A stretch of 64,000 nucleotides of DNA, taken from assembly GCA_018818205.1 (NCBI GenBank), contig JAHISJ010000006.1:41817-105816 (forward strand). Direction: 5' to 3'. The translations under genes were made by a program, and so were the position numbers. Positions 59,491 to 64,000 of the stretch are shown one piece after another (the first letter of the stretch is position 1; each line of letters opens with the position of its first letter). The DNA is from Patescibacteria group bacterium (GTDB lineage: Bacteria > Patescibacteriota > JABMPQ01 > JAHIRA01). The notes under the pieces were generated by a model, which had not been told where the DNA came from, ran no database searches, and worked only from the letters and a program-made list of their open reading frames with translations.

Positions 59491-60237
59491 ATGAAGGAAG
59501 TAACATTACAAGATTTGCTTAAAGCAGGTGTTCATTTTGGGCATCAGTCAAGCAAATGGGATCCCCGCATGGAACCATATATCTATGCGAAGCGAGAGGG
59601 GATTCATATTATTGATCTGCAAAAGACGTTAGACAAGCTTAACGAAGCATTAGAATATGCTAAAAAAACCGTAAAAGATGGTGGCATTATTCTTTTTGTT
59701 GGTACAAAAAAGCAGGCAAAAGACATCACCAAAAAACAAGCAGAGGAATGTGGTATGCCGTATATTGATGAGCGTTGGCTTGGGGGAACATTCACCAATT
59801 TTTCTGAAGTTAAAAAACAGATTGATAAGCTCAATAAACTCAGTGAGCAAGAAGAGAAGGGCGAGCTCAAAAAATATACAAAAAAGGAGCAACTTCAAAT
59901 TCATAAGAACATTGAGCGGTTAGAAAAGAAAGTTGGGGGTCTAAAGAAACTTAAGACTATCCCAGAGGCGCTGCTTGTAGTGGATACTATGGGTGAGAAG
60001 ATTGCGGTCGAGGAAGCAGTAAAGAAGCATGTTCCTATCATTGCGCTCATGGATACCAACGCCAATCCGGATCTTGTAACGTATCCGGTTCCCGCAAATG
60101 ACGATGCGATTAAAGCGATTGAGCTTATGTTGGGGACGTTTAGCGAGGCTATCAAGGAAAACTATGTTCCAAAGAAAGAACCTGATCCTAAACATCCAGA
60201 AAAGGGAAAGAAGAAATTTTTCCCAAAAAAGAAATAA
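59491..60237 (+). CDS. rpsB: 30S ribosomal protein S2
   Basis: AGVHFGH, LFVGTK, RWLGGTFTNF, DTN.NPD, PANDDA. Confidence 0.99.
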   Translation: MKEVTLQDLLKAGVHFGHQSSKWDPRMEPYIYAKREGIHIIDLQKTLDKLNEALEYAKKTVKDGGIILFVGTKKQAKDITKKQAEECGMPYIDERWLGGTFTNFSEVKKQIDKLNKLSEQEEKGELKKYTKKEQLQIHKNIERLEKKVGGLKKLKTIPEALLVVDTMGEKIAVEEAVKKHVPIIALMDTNANPDLVTYPVPANDDAIKAIELMLGTFSEAIKENYVPKKEPDPKHPEKGKKKFFPKKK

Positions 60238-60273
60238 ATTTGGTTACATTTGAAGCATTAACAATTAAAAGTC

Positions 60274-60861
60274 ATGGCTATACAACTTGAAGAGGTAAAA
60301 AAATTAAGAGAGATCACATCAGCGCCTATTACCGCTTGTAAGGAAGCACTTGAGGAAGCTGATGGGGATTTTGAGAAAGCACAGAAATTGTTACGAAAAC
60401 GTGGTGCAGAAGTAATGGATAAAAAAGCTGGGCGTGAATCTAAAGAAGGGTGGATTGGCTCATACGTCCATTCTAATGGTAAGATAGGGGTACTCGTAAA
60501 GATCTACTGCGAGACTGATTTTGTTGCAAGAAATGATGAGTTTAAAGCATTTGTTCATGATGTTGCTATACAGATAGCGGCTACCGGTGCTAACTATCTT
60601 AACCCTGAAGATGTTCCTGATGCAGATATTGATGAAGAAAAAAAAGGCATCATGGAAGCAGCAAAAAAAGAGGGTAAGCCAGAAGAAGTAATAGAAAAGA
60701 TTGTTGACGGTAAAATGAATAAAATGCGTGAGGAACGCTCATTGATGTTGCAACCGCTCGTTCGTGATTCTGAGCAAACGTTAAAAGATCTCCTTACCGA
60801 CATCACTGCAAAACTTGGTGAAAAAATAGAAATTGGCGAATTTGTTCGCTTTGAACTATAA
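60274..60861 (+). CDS. tsf: Elongation factor Ts (short form)
   Basis: VKKLRE.T.A....CK.AL.EA.GD, CETDFVARN, LGEKI.I..F.RF. Confidence 0.97.
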   Translation: MAIQLEEVKKLREITSAPITACKEALEEADGDFEKAQKLLRKRGAEVMDKKAGRESKEGWIGSYVHSNGKIGVLVKIYCETDFVARNDEFKAFVHDVAIQIAATGANYLNPEDVPDADIDEEKKGIMEAAKKEGKPEEVIEKIVDGKMNKMREERSLMLQPLVRDSEQTLKDLLTDITAKLGEKIEIGEFVRFEL

Positions 60862-60872
60862 ATAAAAATCAT

Positions 60873-61586
60873 ATGGAAACATCACCGTACAAAAAAGTTG
60901 TTCTCAAACTTTCCGGTGAGTTAATGATGGGAGATTTAGAATTTGGCGTCGATTTAAACTACATGAAGCAGTTTGCAGATGAGCTTATTGACGTTTCAAA
61001 ATCGGGGATTAAGCTGCTTGTTGAGGTTGGCGGCGGGAATATTTATCGTTGGCGGCAAGCACCTGAAGGTATGAAGAGAAACACCGCTGACATGATGGGT
61101 ATGCTTGGTTCTGTTATGACTGCGCTAAATTTGAGAGATGTAATAAACGATTCGTATCAGGCTGAGGCGCTTAGTCCTCTTTCTATGCCATATGTTATTC
61201 CACAGTATACGCCCAAGAAGGCTGCAGAGCTTTTAGATGAAGGCAAAATAGTTGTCGTAGGAGGTGGAACCGGTCAGCAATTCTTTACCACCGATTCAGG
61301 TGCAGCACTCCACGCTGCTCAAATTGATGCTGATATTGTGCTTAAAGGTACGGACGTTGATGGGGTGTATTCTGAAGATCCTCATGTAAATCCCAGTGCG
61401 ACAAAATATGACCACGTTTCATATTCTGAAGTGTTAGAAAAGAATCTCTCGGTTATGGATATGTCAGCGTTTGCATTACTCAGAGATGCATCTATTCCTA
61501 TTATGGTTTTTGATGTGCAAAACCATGGCAATATTTCCAAAGCTGTAATGGGTGAAAAAATTGGTACCATTGTTTCAGATAACTAG
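60873..61586 (+). CDS. pyrH: Uridylate kinase
   Basis: LKLSGE, VGGGNI, GGTG..FFTTD, VDGVYSEDP, VMD. Confidence 0.97.
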   Translation: METSPYKKVVLKLSGELMMGDLEFGVDLNYMKQFADELIDVSKSGIKLLVEVGGGNIYRWRQAPEGMKRNTADMMGMLGSVMTALNLRDVINDSYQAEALSPLSMPYVIPQYTPKKAAELLDEGKIVVVGGGTGQQFFTTDSGAALHAAQIDADIVLKGTDVDGVYSEDPHVNPSATKYDHVSYSEVLEKNLSVMDMSAFALLRDASIPIMVFDVQNHGNISKAVMGEKIGTIVSDN

Positions 61587-61594
61587 CTAAATGT

Positions 61595-62452
61595 ATGTTC
61601 AATTTGTTGCCCCCCATTATCATAGTCGTTGCTGTAGCGATTCTTATTGTTCTTATAGTCCGTAGGTTTCCTCGCGTGGAGGATGAAAAGGAACTTGACA
61701 CTTTGGTCAGTGAGAAGAAAAAAGAGGAAGAAGAGAAAAAGCAAAAGGAGCGAGTTGAGTATAAAGAGCAACCAATCGCAGACATCAAAAAAGAGGCTGA
61801 ATTAGGCATTGGGAAACAAGAAGAGGATAGTACAGAAAAAGAAGCTGTCCACGGCTCTGCTCAGCCCTCCTCTCCGAGTTTTGAGCTCAGTGTCGAAGAC
61901 TCTCAAAAAGAGAAGAAGGATGATAGGGAAGATGTCAGGATTGAAAAGGAGACTGAGCGGGCAGAGGCACTTAAAACAAAAAAAGAAATGCATAAAAATG
62001 TGCTCAAGGTTATTGATCGTGTTTCTTATCTTGGCAAGCGTGGAATTTCCGGAGTTAAAAGTGCTGGCTCTTCAGCGGTGAAAGCAGTTCGTGTAGGTAA
62101 AGCTAAACTTGCTAAAAAGAATAAGCCAGAATCGTTAGTGTCTGGAGAAAAAGTAGTCGATTTGCTTGAACGTGGTGCTAAGGATTTAGGCGCGGGAAAT
62201 TTTGGGGAGGCGGAGAAAAAATACATTGAGGTTATTAAAATGAATCCAAGAAATACACGTGCATACAAAGGGCTTGCAGAAGTTTTTGAAAAGCAGAAGA
62301 ATTATACCGATGCAATTTCTTCATTAAGACAAGTAGAAAAGTTGGATCCGCTGGATTACGAAGTGGGTAAAAAAATTACTGAACTTCAGTCAAAGTTAAA
62401 GAGTGGGATAGGTGTAAGCTCTACAAAAAGCAGTTCAGACGAGTTAAGCTAA
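61595..62452 (+). CDS. Membrane-anchored TPR-repeat protein
   Basis: N-terminal TM; AEKKYIEVIKMNPRN..AY.GLA.V.......DAI TPR pattern. Confidence 0.8.
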   Translation: MFNLLPPIIIVVAVAILIVLIVRRFPRVEDEKELDTLVSEKKKEEEEKKQKERVEYKEQPIADIKKEAELGIGKQEEDSTEKEAVHGSAQPSSPSFELSVEDSQKEKKDDREDVRIEKETERAEALKTKKEMHKNVLKVIDRVSYLGKRGISGVKSAGSSAVKAVRVGKAKLAKKNKPESLVSGEKVVDLLERGAKDLGAGNFGEAEKKYIEVIKMNPRNTRAYKGLAEVFEKQKNYTDAISSLRQVEKLDPLDYEVGKKITELQSKLKSGIGVSSTKSSSDELS

Positions 62453-62453
62453 T

Positions 62454-62529
62454 GCCATCGTAGCTCAGTCGGTAGAGCGCATCCATGGTAAGGATGAGGT
62501 CACCGGTTCGATTCCGGTCGATGGCTCCA
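62454..62529 (+). tRNA. tRNA-Thr(GGT)
   Basis: GCCATCG/CGATGGC acceptor stem, CATCC-ATGGTAA-GGATG anticodon arm, GGTTCGATTCC, encoded CCA. Confidence 0.97.
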
Positions 62530-62575
62530 GTAATAGATGAGTGATTCGATATTATACTATTATTGCAGCAAAAAC

Positions 62576-62619
62576 GAGATCCCGGATATCCACTTAAGAA
62601 AGTGAATTCCAGGATGACA
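62576..62619. repeat. Half copy of TGTCATCCCGGA palindromic element (copy 3)
   Basis: GAGATCCCGGATATCCACTTAAGAAAGTGAATTCCAGGATGACA resembles right arm of copy 1. Confidence 0.75.
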
Positions 62620-62624
62620 GCTGG

Positions 62625-63000
62625 TTTTGGGGAAGAGGAAAAACATTCTAAAATCTTGCGTAGACCCCGGAGTGTAACTGAGTGGTACGTGAAAACAAGA
62701 GAATGGGCCCCCGCAAATTTCTGAATTTGTGGGGAAGAGGAGGAACACTATGGAAGTCGGAGTGGATCCCGTAGGCTTTGCGAAGGGATACACGCAGACT
62801 GGAATGATGGGCCCCCGAAAAGTTCCTACTTTTTGGGGAAGGGGAGAAACATCCTGGAAGCAGGAGTGTTGTATAAGAAAATGGAGGGGCCCCCGAGAAA
62901 TTCTGATTTCTTGGGGAAGAGGAGGAACACTATGTAAGTCGGAGCGGATCCCGAAGGCTTTGCGTAGGGATACGCGCAGACTTACATAGTGTTCCGACGA
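62625..63000 (+). repeat. Tandem array of structured GGGCCCCC...GGGGAAGAGGAGG elements abutting tRNA-Ser
   Basis: Copies start at about 62625 (partial), 62705, 62809 and 62887; compensatory changes in stems; last copy has a 17-bp perfect stem then GACGA then tRNA +1. Confidence 0.85.
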
Positions 63001-63091
63001 GGAGAGGTGCATGAGTGGCTTAAATGGACGGTTTGCTAAACCGTTGTACCGTGTTAAAGCGGTACCGAGGGTTCGAATCCCTCCCTCTCCG
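63001..63091 (+). tRNA. tRNA-Ser(GCT)
   Basis: GGAGAGG/CCTCTCC acceptor stem with G discriminator, ACGGT-TTGCTAA-ACCGT, long variable arm, GGTTCGAATCC; CCA not encoded. Confidence 0.96.
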
Positions 63092-63240
63092 AGGATATTT
63101 TAAATAGGAACACATCGATGTTCTTTTTTTGTGCTTAGAATAATGTCAGAAGTCAATTTCTTTGATAGAATGGATATGGACACTTTATCTTTTAAGCACC
63201 AAAGGGTTTGGAATATTCCTTGGACAATTTTTTGAAAATT

Positions 63241-64000
63241 ATGAACAATGCTAAAAAGCTATATTTAAAACAGGAATACATCTCACGAATTAATCTGGCA
63301 ATTAACTATATTGAACAGAATATTACTTCTGAATTGAACTTGGGGAATATTGCTGCCGCATCCGGATTTTCCGCATTTCATTTCCATAGAATATTTAAAG
63401 CTCTTGTGGGTGAGACACTTAATACTTTTATTAAGCGGGTTCGTGCTGAGAAAGCATCTATGATGCTTGTGTATAATCCAAAATATTCTATCACCCGTAT
63501 AGCATATATATATGGGTATTCAAGTTCTCAAACTTTTTCTCGGGCGTTTAAGGAATGCTTTAACATGAGTCCCAGTGAGTTTCGTGAAAAGGCTCAAGGA
63601 AAAAGCAAGATTTGCAACGACAAGAGCAAGAATCGAAACGACGCTTCTTTTGACCTTCGTTATGATCATAACGAAGGTCGACATATTATTACCATAAATA
63701 GAGGAAAAAAAATCAATATGAAGGTAGAAGTAAAGGATTTACCTGATATGGATGTAGCATATGTACGACATATTGGGCCGTATAAAGGAGATAGTAAGCT
63801 TTTTGAAGGACTCATTAATAAACTAACTAGTTTTGCAGGACCAAGAAATCTGTTTGGTCCAGATACAAAGTTTATGTCTCTGTATCATGATGATCCAAAA
63901 GTTACTGAAGATGCTAAGCTCAGACTCGATGTATGTATGACTGTTCCAAAAGACACAGAAGTCGATGGGGAAATAGGCAAACAAACACTTGCTGGTGGTA
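63241..64000 (+). CDS. AraC-family regulator with C-terminal GyrI-like ligand-binding domain (3'-truncated by window edge)
   Basis: Manual translation: EYISRIN.AINYIE, SGFSAFHFHRIFK..VGETL, GYSSSQTFSRAFK..F.MSPSEFR; then VAYVRHIGPY, YHDDP..T...KLR.DVC. Confidence 0.9.
   Translation, partial: MNNAKKLYLKQEYISRINLAINYIEQNITSELNLGNIAAASGFSAFHFHRIFKALVGETLNTFIKRVRAEKASMMLVYNPKYSITRIAYIYGYSSSQTFSRAFKECFNMSPSEFREKAQGKSKICNDKSKNRNDASFDLRYDHNEGRHIITINRGKKINMKVEVKDLPDMDVAYVRHIGPYKGDSKLFEGLINKLTSFAGPRNLFGPDTKFMSLYHDDPKVTEDAKLRLDVCMTVPKDTEVDGEIGKQTLAGG

Noticed and set aside
62625-63000. CRISPR array
   Set aside because: Repeats vary with compensatory changes, spacing is irregular, two intervening segments are homologous to each other, and no cas genes are present
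62560-63012. ORFs 62560-63012 (-) and 62729-62989 (+)
   Set aside because: They run through structured repeats, one overlaps tRNA-Ser, and neither has protein-like motifs
1-64000. Alternative genetic code (UGA=Gly) and many short antisense ORFs in the track
   Set aside because: Conserved genes are full length under code 11 and TGA ends miaB at an ATGA overlap; short overlapping ORFs are shadows of well-supported genes

Overview
A moderately AT-rich bacterial chromosome segment using genetic code 11 (TGA serves as stop, e.g. the miaB/miaA ATGA overlap). The gene repertoire (baseplate-J-like protein, tandem DUF3048, TSP3- and FG-GAP-repeat surface proteins, CarS homolog, Elp3, few Shine-Dalgarno sites) suggests Patescibacteria (CPR); this is an inference. 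Core genes: secE-nusG-rplK-rplA, dut, tmk, gatB, miaA/miaB, tdh-kbl, folC, thrS, dnaE, rodA, rplY, a complete probably Na+-coupled V/A-type ATPase operon, prmC, prfA, rpmE, rpsB-tsf-pyrH, tRNA-Thr(GGT) and tRNA-Ser(GCT). Most notable: (1) a tandem array of a structured, covarying repeat ending exactly at base +1 of tRNA-Ser; (2) a head-to-head Elp3 plus Trm9/ALKBH8-like methyltransferase pair, a candidate eukaryote/archaea-type mcm5U34 pathway; (3) CarS and CDP-alcohol phosphotransferase genes interleaved in nusG-rplK-rplA; (4) a nested GTAG REP hairpin inserted in-frame in elp3; (5) an AraC-GyrI gene with an apparent internal operator/promoter and second start. All protein calls are from motif recognition by eye, not database searches.
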